Of a stretch of DNA of 64,000 nucleotides, positions 1-9,207 are shown in pieces; the stretch's first letter is position 1; each line of letters begins with the position of its first letter. This DNA comes from Firmicutes bacterium UBA3943 (GTDB lineage Bacteria; Bacillota; UBA4882; UBA10575; UBA3943), in the NCBI GenBank assembly GCA_002385625.1, contig DGDV01000047.1, forward strand, positions 26,304 through 90,303, written 5' to 3'. Under the pieces are notes generated by a model. It was not told where the DNA came from. It ran no database searches and saw nothing but the letters and a program-made list of their open reading frames with translations. The position numbers were made by a program, and so were the translations under genes.

Positions 1-1267
1 CGCCGCATTCACAGTACCAAACCGGAATCCGGTGTCCCCACCACAATTGCCGGGAAATGCACCAATCACGGATATTCTCCAGCCATCCCAGATAGATCTT
101 GGTAAACCGTTCGGGAACAAAGCGAATCTGCCCGTTCTCCACTGCCTTAATAGCTGGTTCTGCCAGGGGTTTCATCCGGACAAACCATTGCTTGGAAATT
201 AAGGGCTCAATGGTGGTATCACAACGGTAACAAGTACCCACCGCATGATTGTGGACCTCTTCTTTAATCAGCAGTCCCTGTTTGGCCAGGTCTTCGATGA
301 CGCGTTTCCGGCACTCGTACCGGTCCAAACCGGCATAGGGCCCGGCTTCTTCCGTCATCTTTGCATCCTGCCCAATCACGGTGATCTGGGGCAAATTATG
401 CCGGAGACCCATTTCAAAGTCGTTAATATCATGGGCAGGCGTCACTTTAACCGCACCTGTCCCAAAGGACATGTCAACATAACTATCGGCGATTATGGGA
501 ATCTCCCGGTTCATCAAGGGCAGGATCACTTTTTTCCCCACTTTGCCGGTGTAGCGAGGGTCATCGGGGTGGACGGCCACGGCGGTATCACCCAGCATGG
601 TCTCAGGACGGGTGGTCGCTACCTCAATGTAACCGCTGCCGTCGGCGTAGGGGTATCGCAAGTGCCAGAGCCGGCCCTCCCGCTCCTCGTGCTCGACTTC
701 AATATCGGAGATGGTGGTTCGGCATTTGGGACACCAGTTGATCAGGTAGCTCCCCCGGTAAATCAGGTTCCTCTCGTACAAACGGACAAAGACCTCACGG
801 ACAGCGCGTGAACAGCCTTCATCCATGGTAAAGCGTTCCCGGTCCCAGTCGCAGGAAGCTCCCAGTCCCTTGAGCTGCTGGATGATGGTTCCACCATACT
901 TTTCCTTCCACTCCCAGACCCGGGCTAAAAAGGCCTCCCGGCCTAAATCATACTTGGATTTGCCTTCCTTTGCCAGCATCTCCTCGACCTTCGCCTGGGT
1001 GGCAATACCCGCATGGTCGGTACCGGGAATCCAAAGGGTATTGTCGCCCATCATCCGGTGCCAGCGGATCAAAATGTCCTGCAGCGTGTTATCCAAGGCA
1101 TGGCCCAAATGAAGTTTTCCCGTAACATTGGGCGGGGGAATAACAATACAGAACGGTTTCTTGCCCTGTTCCGGCTCAGCATGGAAAAACTTCCCTTCCA
1201 GCCAGAAGGGATACCACTTTTCCTCAATCTCCCGGGGATTATAAACCTTCGGCAATTGTTGGGGCAT
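1..1267 (-). CDS. valS: Valyl-tRNA synthetase, N-terminal ~422 codons; the 3' end runs off the window edge
   Basis: Absent from the ORF track because it reaches the window edge. Reverse translation from the ATG at complement 1265-1267 gives [22 protein letters not shown]...[32 protein letters not shown] (HIGH-type HLGH motif)...[17 protein letters not shown]...[28 protein letters not shown] lies just upstream. Confidence 0.93.
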   Translation of the reverse strand, partial: MPQQLPKVYNPREIEEKWYPFWLEGKFFHAEPEQGKKPFCIVIPPPNVTGKLHLGHALDNTLQDILIRWHRMMGDNTLWIPGTDHAGIATQAKVEEMLAKEGKSKYDLGREAFLARVWEWKEKYGGTIIQQLKGLGASCDWDRERFTMDEGCSRAVREVFVRLYERNLIYRGSYLINWCPKCRTTISDIEVEHEEREGRLWHLRYPYADGSGYIEVATTRPETMLGDTAVAVHPDDPRYTGKVGKKVILPLMNREIPIIADSYVDMSFGTGAVKVTPAHDINDFEMGLRHNLPQITVIGQDAKMTEEAGPYAGLDRYECRKRVIEDLAKQGLLIKEEVHNHAVGTCYRCDTTIEPLISKQWFVRMKPLAEPAIKAVENGQIRFVPERFTKIYLGWLENIRDWCISRQLWWGHRIPVWYCECG

Positions 1268-1557
1268 CTTGTTTCCTCCTCTAAACCTTCTTTCAAAAAA
1301 CAAAGGCCCCCGTCCGTCAAGGACGGGAGGCCACTCTCCCGCGGTACCACCTTGTTTCTCCGCCCGGCTTGCAGACGGAGCACTCTACCGGCTATAACGG
1401 GCCTTCCCCGGTCCGGGTTAACGTACCTCATCCGGACGGCTCACGGACGACCTTCCCCCCCTCTGCCGCAGAAACCTTTCAGCCCAGGGTTTCTGTCTCT
1501 GCCCGGTGACCTTGAGGGTACTCCTTCCGTTCCACGCCTGTTAGAAAAGATCATTGC
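1268..1557 (-). promoter_or_regulatory. T-box leader (tRNA-sensing attenuator) controlling valS
   Basis: The minus strand carries the conserved T-box core GGTGGTACCGCG (complement of ~1341-1352). It overlaps the 5' side of a terminator hairpin followed by a T-run. An AGAGA element and a GAAGGUCGU stretch (possible GUC Val specifier) lie further 5'. The position directly upstream of an aaRS gene fits the class. Confidence 0.85.
1290..1332 (-). terminator. Intrinsic terminator of the T-box leader
   Basis: Minus strand reads CCTCCCGTCC-TTGA-CGGACGGGGG followed by CCTTTGTTTTTT, about 25 nt before the valS RBS. Confidence 0.8.
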
Positions 1558-1563
1558 ATATAA

Positions 1564-1592
1564 ATAATAATGGTAAGCGGAAAACCTGTCAA
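1564..1592 (-). promoter_or_regulatory. Sigma-A type promoter for the valS leader
   Basis: Minus strand has TTGACA (complement 1587-1592), a 17-nt spacer, then TATTAT (complement 1564-1569). Confidence 0.6.
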
Positions 1593-1632
1593 GTACTGTC
1601 CGGTAAGCCAGGCAAACGCCAAAGTTATGCCC

Positions 1633-2622
1633 TCAGACCACCCGCTGGGCTTCCTCCGCCTCCGGCGAAAGGCTGGACCACTTCCCGCAGCGGTCGCCCA
1701 TGAAGGCCACAAACTTTCCTCCCCGTCTCAGTTCCACCAGCTCACAATGGTTACTGCAGTCCTGACAAGTCCGGCCGATTGTGGTCAGGTCTTCTTCACA
1801 AAGCCGCCAACCCGCAAACCTGCTGGGTTTTCCGGAGGCCATCATCATCTGCCGCACTAGCAAAGCGGCGCCGAAGGCTCCCATCACCCCGAAGTATTCG
1901 GGGACAATAATCTCCGTGCCAAGAACACGCTGGAAGGCCCGGCGGATACCCTGGTTGGCGGCAACGCCGCCTTGGAAGATGACCGGCGCCGCCAGCTCTT
2001 TTCCTTTGGCCACATTATTCAAGTAATTCCGGACCAGAGCCTCACAGAGGCCGCCAGCAATGTCACTCAAGGAATGTCCCATTTGCTGTTTGTGGATCAT
2101 ATCTGACTCGGCAAAAACGGCACACCGCCCGGCAATGGCCACGGGATTCTCGGCCGCTAAGGCCAAGGCGCTGAACTCTTCGATGCTTAAATTTAACCGG
2201 GCAGCCTGTTGATCCAGGAATGAACCGGTCCCGGCGGCACAAACCGTATTCATGGCAAAGTCCACCACAATACCGTCCTTCACCAGAATCAGCTTCGAAT
2301 CTTGCCCACCGATCTCGATGATGGTCCGCACGTCGGGTCGGTAGTGCAACGCTGCCACCGCATGGGTGGTAATCTCATTCTTTACCAGATCCGCCCCAAC
2401 CATCAGCCCGATCAAGTGCCGGGCGCTGCCGGTGGTGCCAACGCCACCAATCCTGTGGGGACCCAGGGCTTTTTTGATCATGGCGAGCCCCTTTTGCACT
2501 GTGGGAATGGGACGGCCGTTGGTCCTAAGATAGACCTGCTCTGTCACTCGGCTTTCCCCGTCCACCACCACAAGATTTGTGCTGACTGAGCCCACATCGA
2601 TTCCCAAATATAAATCCCGCAT
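1633..2622 (-). CDS. BadF/BadG/BcrA/BcrD-type ATPase, HgdC-like activase, with a Cys-rich C-terminal tail
   Basis: MRDLYLGIDVGSVSTN (actin-fold phosphate-1 motif). Candidate bridging-cluster cysteines sit in NTVCAAGTGSF and AGRCAVFAESDM. The C-terminal CQDCSNHC...GDRCGKW is Cys-rich. I start at the second Met (2622) because GGAGG lies 7 nt upstream; the first ATG (2640) has no RBS. Confidence 0.8.
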   Translation of the reverse strand: MRDLYLGIDVGSVSTNLVVVDGESRVTEQVYLRTNGRPIPTVQKGLAMIKKALGPHRIGGVGTTGSARHLIGLMVGADLVKNEITTHAVAALHYRPDVRTIIEIGGQDSKLILVKDGIVVDFAMNTVCAAGTGSFLDQQAARLNLSIEEFSALALAAENPVAIAGRCAVFAESDMIHKQQMGHSLSDIAGGLCEALVRNYLNNVAKGKELAAPVIFQGGVAANQGIRRAFQRVLGTEIIVPEYFGVMGAFGAALLVRQMMMASGKPSRFAGWRLCEEDLTTIGRTCQDCSNHCELVELRRGGKFVAFMGDRCGKWSSLSPEAEEAQRVV

Positions 2623-2655
2623 CGTCAAACCTCCGGTCATTATTAAAGCAAAACC

Positions 2656-3762
2656 CTATATTGCCGCTTTGATCCGCTTATTTTGGAGCAAATCCACAAA
2701 AGCCTCCAACCGGGTCTGTACCCCTGTCCCGGCGCTATGCTCATCCAGGAGGATGGATAAGACCGGAATCTTCTGTTCCCGGCTGACCCTCTGGATAATA
2801 CTCATGGCAACCACCTCCGGCATACAGCCCAAGGGTGCCAATTGAACTACTCCGTCGTAACCTTCCCGGGCCGCCTGCACGGTATGAGCTACAGTCTCCA
2901 ATCCATGGCCACCCACAAACCGGCGCAGGTATGGCCGGGCCTCCTGCCGCAACTGCCGTTGCCAGTCAATGCGTAAAAAGTTCAAAAACAGTTGCTGCCA
3001 GATCCACTCAGAAAAATAAATGGTCCGGTGGACTTCCACCCCCAGCATGGCCAAGTTTTTTTCCAGGTCAAAATTGATCCCCGGTTCCAAAACCACATAA
3101 ATCTCGCCCACCAGCATCACCCTTAAGCTGGGACGCTCCGCCTCCGGTGAAAGCATCAGGATCCCTTCCTCGGTCTCCTTGACCAAACGACGAATGCCAC
3201 CCAGATCCATAAGGCCGTCCAAGCGCTGCAGGAAAGCTTTCCGCTGCTTCCAAAGGGTCTTCCGGTTTTCCTGGTCCAGCAGGGCCGACCGGGCCAACAC
3301 CGCCTTGTCCACTCGGTCGATGGCCGTGAATTTTTCCCAGGTGATCCGGGCAGCCCCAGGCAGATTCAGCCAAAATCGGTGACCCAGGAAGCGGGTGAAA
3401 CAGTCAATTAGCTCAAAGGCATGTTTCTTGGGCGGCTCAAAGACAATTAGCGGAATATCGTAGCCAAGGGACTTTAAGATCTCCCTCTGCACTTCCCCAT
3501 ATAACCCAAAACGGCAGGGCCCAATACCGCCGGCCATAAAGATGGCATCGGGCGCTTGGGGTAAAGTCTGAAGGTAGTTACCGAGATTCACCTTCAAAGG
3601 CAGGCAGGCGAACTCCGGGGTATAGCGCCCGCCTAAGGCCAGTGTCTCCCTGGTAATGGGCGGGGGCAGGACAACATCAAAACCCAATTCCGTCAGGAAT
3701 GTTTTCAACGCAAGGCTTGCCGTGCCCATCCGGGGCATGGTCACTTTATACCGTGGCGACAT
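2656..3762 (-). CDS. DUF2229-like protein (uncharacterised domain associated with CoA-enzyme activases), copy 2
   Basis: 368 aa. EFACLPLKVNLGNY and GPCRFG motifs are paralogous to the upstream ORF. RBS GGAGGAG lies 5 nt upstream. The start overlaps the upstream stop by 17 nt. Confidence 0.65.
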   Translation of the reverse strand: MSPRYKVTMPRMGTASLALKTFLTELGFDVVLPPPITRETLALGGRYTPEFACLPLKVNLGNYLQTLPQAPDAIFMAGGIGPCRFGLYGEVQREILKSLGYDIPLIVFEPPKKHAFELIDCFTRFLGHRFWLNLPGAARITWEKFTAIDRVDKAVLARSALLDQENRKTLWKQRKAFLQRLDGLMDLGGIRRLVKETEEGILMLSPEAERPSLRVMLVGEIYVVLEPGINFDLEKNLAMLGVEVHRTIYFSEWIWQQLFLNFLRIDWQRQLRQEARPYLRRFVGGHGLETVAHTVQAAREGYDGVVQLAPLGCMPEVVAMSIIQRVSREQKIPVLSILLDEHSAGTGVQTRLEAFVDLLQNKRIKAAI

Positions 3763-4729
3763 ATTGTCTCCTCCATCCCATCAAGTCCATAAAGGCTTCC
3801 ACCCGTGTTTCCATGCCCGCCACACCGGTATGCTCATCCACAGTCAGCTTGAGCAAAGGGGGTAAATCCGGCTCCTGACCCATATAGAGCTCCAGCAGTT
3901 CACCGGTGATGGCGTCCGGTCCGCACAAGCAGGCCGAAAGGAAGATAATACCATCAACCCGGCGGGTCATGGCGTAATAACGGGCGGCTGATAAGATCTC
4001 CTGCCCCAATTGCCAATAAACGGTTTTTCCCTGGGCTGGCCAGGGCTTGGCTCTTTCACATGGTGGCGTTATTTCTTTTGTAATCACTTTAACACCATAA
4101 CTCTTCAGTTTTTGCAGTAATCCCAGATTGGCCAAATCATCGTAGACCAAATACGGATGGCCCAGCACAAGGATGCTGGGGCGCCCTTCACCCTCGGGTT
4201 TAACCACAGGTTTTTTCGCCGTTAAACAATGGATCGCCTCTTGGGGATTAAAACCCTTTGCCTGCAGCTTGACAAATTCAGCTTGGCGCTTCTGCCCGTT
4301 TTCCCACGCTTTTTTGAATCTACGCCTGGTAAGACCGGGTATAATCCCTAACAACGTCTCCCACCAGGGTTCGGGCAAGATCTCCCCTTTATCATCCAGA
4401 TCGTGCCAAAATTCCAAGGCATTGTCGGTTTTCAAGCGCACCACGTCGGGCAGGCCCATTAGCTTCGGGCAAAAATGGCTCTTTTTTCCGGCGCGCCCGA
4501 AACCCGGTGAAAAGACATAATCCACCCGGCTACTTAAATAATCCACATGGCCTAAGTGAATCTTCACCGGCAAGCAAAACTCATCTAAAGCTGATTCCAA
4601 GCCAAGCTTGAGAATCTCCGGGTTGGTAGGCGGTGAAATTATGTAGGAAATCTTCAATGCCTCTAATACCCCGGACCAAAAAGGGAAATAGTAGTAAAAA
4701 AAGACCGAACGTGGTATTCCAATCAGCAT
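3746..4729 (-). CDS. DUF2229-like protein, copy 1
   Basis: 327 aa. EFCLPVKIHLGHVDYL and LSACLCGPD motifs. RBS AAGGAG upstream. First gene of a three-gene minus-strand unit. Confidence 0.65.
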   Translation of the reverse strand: MLIGIPRSVFFYYYFPFWSGVLEALKISYIISPPTNPEILKLGLESALDEFCLPVKIHLGHVDYLSSRVDYVFSPGFGRAGKKSHFCPKLMGLPDVVRLKTDNALEFWHDLDDKGEILPEPWWETLLGIIPGLTRRRFKKAWENGQKRQAEFVKLQAKGFNPQEAIHCLTAKKPVVKPEGEGRPSILVLGHPYLVYDDLANLGLLQKLKSYGVKVITKEITPPCERAKPWPAQGKTVYWQLGQEILSAARYYAMTRRVDGIIFLSACLCGPDAITGELLELYMGQEPDLPPLLKLTVDEHTGVAGMETRVEAFMDLMGWRRQYVATV

Positions 4730-5031
4730 CGTTTTCTCCTTGCTCCAGCATTTTCCACTAATTATCCCCTTATAGTTTCCTTATTAATTTGGAAATTCCT
4801 TTTCCGTTAAGTTAAAATGGGACAATTTTAAGGAAAGAATAACCAACTGCCCCTAAAGAAGACCCTTGCCCACCATGTATCCCCGTTCCTTGAGTGGAAT
4901 ACTATTGGAACAGACAACATATGAATTGCTTTCGTCGGCTACACCTTGCCGCAAATAAACTTAACAACGGACTTGCGCCGGTCTGCCGGTTGGGTTATGG
5001 TATTAGTAAGAAGTAACAAGGAGGGATGTTA

Positions 5032-5706
5032 ATGGACTATTTTACCAGATTTAAACGCTTTCTTCTTGAAGGATTCATGCCTGTCACCAAAGCAACGGCA
5101 ATTCTGGCCGGAATCATCTCCATCCTTTGCTTTGCCTTTCCTCCTTTGGCATCGCTGTTTGTCCTGAACCCCGCAAATTTTCTGTTTCGTCCCTGGGCAA
5201 TCTTTACTTATCCCCTGGTCGACCAGGTCTCTTTCTCTCTGCTCTTCGCCGTCATCTGGCTATGGTTTATCGGCGGTAGCCTGGAACGAACCTGGGGAAG
5301 CTATAAATACCTCCGTTTCCAACTGGCCGTCACGGCGCTGCCCGGCGTCCTAATGCTCCTAATTACCCGGTTGGGGGTTGTTTCGGTGCCATTTTTCAGT
5401 TTATGGCTGCCCTTGGTGGGAACTACCTGGGCCTGGGCAGAAATTTATCCCGACCGGGAGTTGTTATTCATGGGCATAGTACCGGTCAAAGCCCGGTGGA
5501 TCGGCTGGCTCGAGGTTATCCTGACCTTTATCTCCTACTCCCACATCCACATTCTCCTGGGGCTTATCTCCATCAGCGGGATAACCATGTTTTACATCTT
5601 CCGCAATGCCGGTAGGCACCGCTGGGGCCACGGGCCAGCCTTCAAAAAAAAGATGGCCGAATGGCAACACCGCAGAAAAAAAGAGAAATTTAAGATCGTA
5701 AAATAA
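5032..5706 (+). CDS. Polytopic membrane protein, weakly rhomboid-like
   Basis: About 6 hydrophobic segments. FRPWAIFTYPL...WLWFIGGSLERTWG resembles the rhomboid TM2/L1 region. I could not find the GxSG catalytic serine or the His/Asn motifs. The start is moved to the second ATG for RBS spacing (CAAGGAGGG). Confidence 0.4.
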   Translation: MDYFTRFKRFLLEGFMPVTKATAILAGIISILCFAFPPLASLFVLNPANFLFRPWAIFTYPLVDQVSFSLLFAVIWLWFIGGSLERTWGSYKYLRFQLAVTALPGVLMLLITRLGVVSVPFFSLWLPLVGTTWAWAEIYPDRELLFMGIVPVKARWIGWLEVILTFISYSHIHILLGLISISGITMFYIFRNAGRHRWGHGPAFKKKMAEWQHRRKKEKFKIVK

Positions 5707-5707
5707 G

Positions 5708-5742
5708 AAAAAAGACGGTTTTATTTGCACCGTCTTTTTTCT
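5708..5742. terminator. Bidirectional intrinsic terminator between the membrane protein gene and carB
   Basis: AAAAAGACGGT-tttatttgc-ACCGTCTTTTT, with A/T runs on both sides. Confidence 0.8.
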
Positions 5743-5750
5743 TGCCAATT

Positions 5751-8700
5751 TTAGTGAATCTCTCTGTGGTACTCCTGCAGGGACTTAACTTCCGTCCGCT
5801 TCTCCCGGTAGGCGGCAATACCCTTGACCGAGGCAATGGCCGCTGCTGCCGTGGTGATATACGGCACTTTGTACTTGATCGCCGCCTTGCGAATATAGGA
5901 GTCGTCATCCTGGCTGTGCTTACCGATTGGTGTATTGATCACCAACTGCACCTCGCCGTTCATGATGGCGTCCACCATATTGGGGCGGCCTTCCTTCAGT
6001 TTGCAGATAATCTCCGAATCCACGCCATGTTCCTTCAGGAACTGGTGGGTTCCCCGGGTTGCCTTGATGACAAAGCCCATCTTCTTAAACTCCCTGGCCA
6101 CTTCGAGAATGGCCGGTTTATCCGGGTCCGCCACGCTAAGCAACACCGTACCCTCCACCGGCAGGACTAGCTGGGTTGCTTCTTGGGCTTTGAAATAGGC
6201 CAAACCGAAGGAGCCGGCCATCCCTAAAACCTCGCCGGTGGAACGCATCTCCGGGCCTAAAACCGGATCGACTTCAGGGAACATGTTGAAGGGAAAGACC
6301 GCTTCTTTGACCCCAAAGTGCTTAATGGTCTTCTCCGTCAGGTTCAGATCTGCCAATTTCTTCCCAAGCATAACCTGGGTGGCAAACCTGGCCATGGGAA
6401 TGTTGCAGACCTTGGAAACCAGCGGCACTGTTCGGGAGGCCCTTGGGTTCGCTTCCAGCACATAGACGCGGTCATTGGCGATGGCATACTGGATATTCAT
6501 CAAACCGACCACGCCCATCTCCTTGGCAATCCGCCGGGTGTACTCTTTGATGGTTTCCACATGCTTAAGGGGAATGCTGATGGGCGGAATGACGCAAGCT
6601 GAATCCCCCGAATGAATACCGGCCAACTCAATATGCTCCATCACAGCAGGTACAAAAGCATCGGTGCCGTCGGCAATGGCGTCCGCCTCAGCCTCAATGG
6701 CGTTCTCCAAAAACTTATCGATAAGAATCGGGCGCTCCGGAGTAACATCCACCGCTGCAGCCATATATTGCTGCAGCATCTCTTCATCATAGACAATTTC
6801 CATGCCCCGGCCGCCCAACACATAGGAGGGACGGACCATCAAGGGGTAACCGATGCGTCTTGCAACTTCCACCGCTTGCTCCAAATTGCTGGCCATACCC
6901 GCTTCCGGCATGGGAATGCCCAGGCGCTCCATCATGGCCCGGAACAAGTCCCGGTCCTCCGCCAGATCAATGGTCTCCGGCGTGGTGCCCAGGATGGGAA
7001 CACCGCATTTCTTAAGTTCGGCGGCAATGTTCAAGGGTGTCTGCCCGCCAAACTGCACAATAACCCCTTCCGGTTTCTCCTTCTCATAAATGCTAAGAAC
7101 ATCTTCCACGGTCAATGGTTCAAAGTAAAGTTTGTCGGAAGTGTCATAATCGGTGGAGACAGTTTCAGGGTTACAGTTAACAATAATAGTTTCCAAGCCA
7201 CTGTCACGGACGGCAAAGGCCGCATGGACACAACAATAGTCGAATTCGATCCCCTGGCCGATGCGGTTAGGGCCGCCGCCGAGCACCATAATCTTCCTGT
7301 TCCCAGAGGTGCTGCTCCGGTCCGGTGCATTATATGTTGAGTAGTAATAGGCAGCATTCTCCACCCCGCTGACGGGCACAGGTTGCCAACCCTGGACGCA
7401 GCCCAAGGCTTTACGCCGGGTGCGGATGGTCTCCTCCGGCACATCCAGGAGCTTGGCCAAGTATTTATCGGAAAAACCATCCTGCTTGGCCCGGATCAAT
7501 AACTCATCCGGCAGAGATCCGCCCTTGGTGGCCAGAATCCTTTCCTCGAGCTCAACCAGTTCTTTCATCTGTTGGATAAACCACGGTTTAATCCGGGTCA
7601 GGTCATGGAGCTGCTCCACAGTGGCGCCTTTGCGCAAGGCTTCATACATGATAAACTGCCTTTCGCTGGAGGGCTCCCGCAACAGCGCCAAAAGTTCGGG
7701 TAGGGTTTTTTTATTGAAATCCTTGGCAAAACCCAGGCCGTAACGGCCATTTTCCAAGGAACGGATAGCCTTCTGGAAGGCCTCTTTGTAGTTTTTCCCG
7801 ATACTCATGACCTCACCCACCGCCCGCATCTGGGTGCCGAGCTTATCCTGGGCCCCTTTGAACTTCTCAAAGGCCCAGCGGGCAAATTTAACCACTACAT
7901 AATCGGCGGAGGGCTTGTATTTATCCAAGGTGCCATAGCGCCAGTGGGGAATCTCATCCAAAGTCACCCCTGCGGCTAGCATTGCGGAGATAAAAGCAAT
8001 GGGGAAGCCCGTGGCCTTCGACGCCAAGGCCGAAGAGCGGGAGGTCCGCGGGTTAATTTCAATGATTACCACCCGGTCGGAGACGGGATCGTGGGCAAAT
8101 TGGACGTTCGTCCCGCCGATGACCCCAATGGCCTCCACAATGGCATAGGCATGCTTCTGGAGGCGTTCCTGCAACTCCCGGGAGATGGTCAGCATGGGAG
8201 CAGTACAGAAGGAGTCGCCGGTGTGTACACCCATGGGATCCACGTTTTCAATGAAGCAAACGGTGATCATCTGGTTCTTGGCATCCCGGACCACTTCTAG
8301 TTCCAGTTCTTCCCAACCAAGCACCGATTCCTCCACCAAAACCTGCCCCACCAAACTGGCGGCAATACCCCGCGCAGCCACAACCCGCAACTCTTCCACA
8401 TTGTAAACCAGACCACCACCGGTCCCGCCCATGGTGTAGGCCGGGCGAATCACCACCGGATAACCAAGTTCCGCAGCAATCTGTTCCGCTTCTTCCACCG
8501 AATAGGCCGGCTTGCTTTTGGGCATTTCAATACCCAGGCGTTCCATGGTTTCTTTAAAGGCAATCCGGTCCTCGCCCCGTTCAATGGCATCCACCTGAAC
8601 CCCGATGACCTTCACGCCGTATTTATCCAACACACCGGCTTTATGCAGCTCAGAGCAAAGATTCAGGGCCGACTGGCCGCCCAAGTTCGGCAGGAGCGCA

Positions 8701-8951
8701 TCCGGCCGTTCCTTGGCAATGATCTCGGTGACGGTCTTTAAGTTCAGTGGTTCAATATAGGTGACATCCGCCAAACCCGGGTCGGTCATAATGGTTGCCG
8801 GGTTTGAGTTAACCAAAACAATTTCATAGCCCAGTTTGCGCAGGGCCTTGCAAGCCTGGGTCCCGGAGTAGTCAAATTCGCAGGCCTGTCCGATGATGAT
8901 CGGTCCTGAACCAATGATCATCACTTTTTTGATGTCGTTCCGCTTACCCAT
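5751..8951 (-). CDS. carB: Carbamoyl-phosphate synthase large subunit
   Basis: 1066 aa. N-terminus KKVMIIGSGPIIIGQACEFDYSGTQA, a duplicated ATP-grasp half (KIMVLGGGPNRIGQGIEFDYCCVHA) and a C-terminal MGS-like domain. Confidence 0.95.
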   Translation of the reverse strand: MGKRNDIKKVMIIGSGPIIIGQACEFDYSGTQACKALRKLGYEIVLVNSNPATIMTDPGLADVTYIEPLNLKTVTEIIAKERPDALLPNLGGQSALNLCSELHKAGVLDKYGVKVIGVQVDAIERGEDRIAFKETMERLGIEMPKSKPAYSVEEAEQIAAELGYPVVIRPAYTMGGTGGGLVYNVEELRVVAARGIAASLVGQVLVEESVLGWEELELEVVRDAKNQMITVCFIENVDPMGVHTGDSFCTAPMLTISRELQERLQKHAYAIVEAIGVIGGTNVQFAHDPVSDRVVIIEINPRTSRSSALASKATGFPIAFISAMLAAGVTLDEIPHWRYGTLDKYKPSADYVVVKFARWAFEKFKGAQDKLGTQMRAVGEVMSIGKNYKEAFQKAIRSLENGRYGLGFAKDFNKKTLPELLALLREPSSERQFIMYEALRKGATVEQLHDLTRIKPWFIQQMKELVELEERILATKGGSLPDELLIRAKQDGFSDKYLAKLLDVPEETIRTRRKALGCVQGWQPVPVSGVENAAYYYSTYNAPDRSSTSGNRKIMVLGGGPNRIGQGIEFDYCCVHAAFAVRDSGLETIIVNCNPETVSTDYDTSDKLYFEPLTVEDVLSIYEKEKPEGVIVQFGGQTPLNIAAELKKCGVPILGTTPETIDLAEDRDLFRAMMERLGIPMPEAGMASNLEQAVEVARRIGYPLMVRPSYVLGGRGMEIVYDEEMLQQYMAAAVDVTPERPILIDKFLENAIEAEADAIADGTDAFVPAVMEHIELAGIHSGDSACVIPPISIPLKHVETIKEYTRRIAKEMGVVGLMNIQYAIANDRVYVLEANPRASRTVPLVSKVCNIPMARFATQVMLGKKLADLNLTEKTIKHFGVKEAVFPFNMFPEVDPVLGPEMRSTGEVLGMAGSFGLAYFKAQEATQLVLPVEGTVLLSVADPDKPAILEVAREFKKMGFVIKATRGTHQFLKEHGVDSEIICKLKEGRPNMVDAIMNGEVQLVINTPIGKHSQDDDSYIRKAAIKYKVPYITTAAAAIASVKGIAAYREKRTEVKSLQEYHREIH

Positions 8952-9171
8952 ACTATACTCCTCTCTTCTTTACCAATTGGCCGGCGGAAATTCCATGCAT
9001 GGCCATGAATAATCCCGGCCGCTACTTTGCCGGCAGCCTCAATACAAAAACACCAAACGTTTCATTTCGAGATCTAAAGGCAGAATCCTTCAATGAATCG
9101 TAATAAAACGGGATTTACTTCTTTATTGACATCTTTTTCGAAGACAAACGCCTTGCCGTGGGCGCTCTAAG

Positions 9172-9199
9172 AAAAAAGAGGGCTAAGTACCCTCTTTTT
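9172..9199 (-). terminator. Intrinsic terminator after fba
   Basis: Minus strand AGAGGG-tacttag-CCCTCT followed by TTTTTT, 9 nt after the fba stop. Confidence 0.8.
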
Positions 9200-9207
9200 A
9201 ATCTTCC

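Noticed and set aside
245-1567. Plus-strand ORFs 245-811, 825-1112 and 1013-1567, and minus ORF 1069-1431
   Set aside because: They lie antisense to, or overlap, the clearly coding valS frame and its T-box leader. Their translations are low-complexity Pro/Arg/Gly-rich, typical of off-frame reading of GC-rich genes.
5742-8406. Many 60-240-aa ORFs on the plus strand (and off-frame minus) inside carB
   Set aside because: All are antisense or out of frame to a 1066-aa ORF with unmistakable CarB motifs. None has an RBS or recognisable motifs.
8985-9010. Overlapping short palindromes CCATGCATGG / CATGGCCATG upstream of carB as a possible ArgR/PyrR operator
   Set aside because: They do not resemble the ARG-box or PyrR binding-loop consensus as far as I can recall. 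Short GC-rich palindromes of this size are expected by chance.
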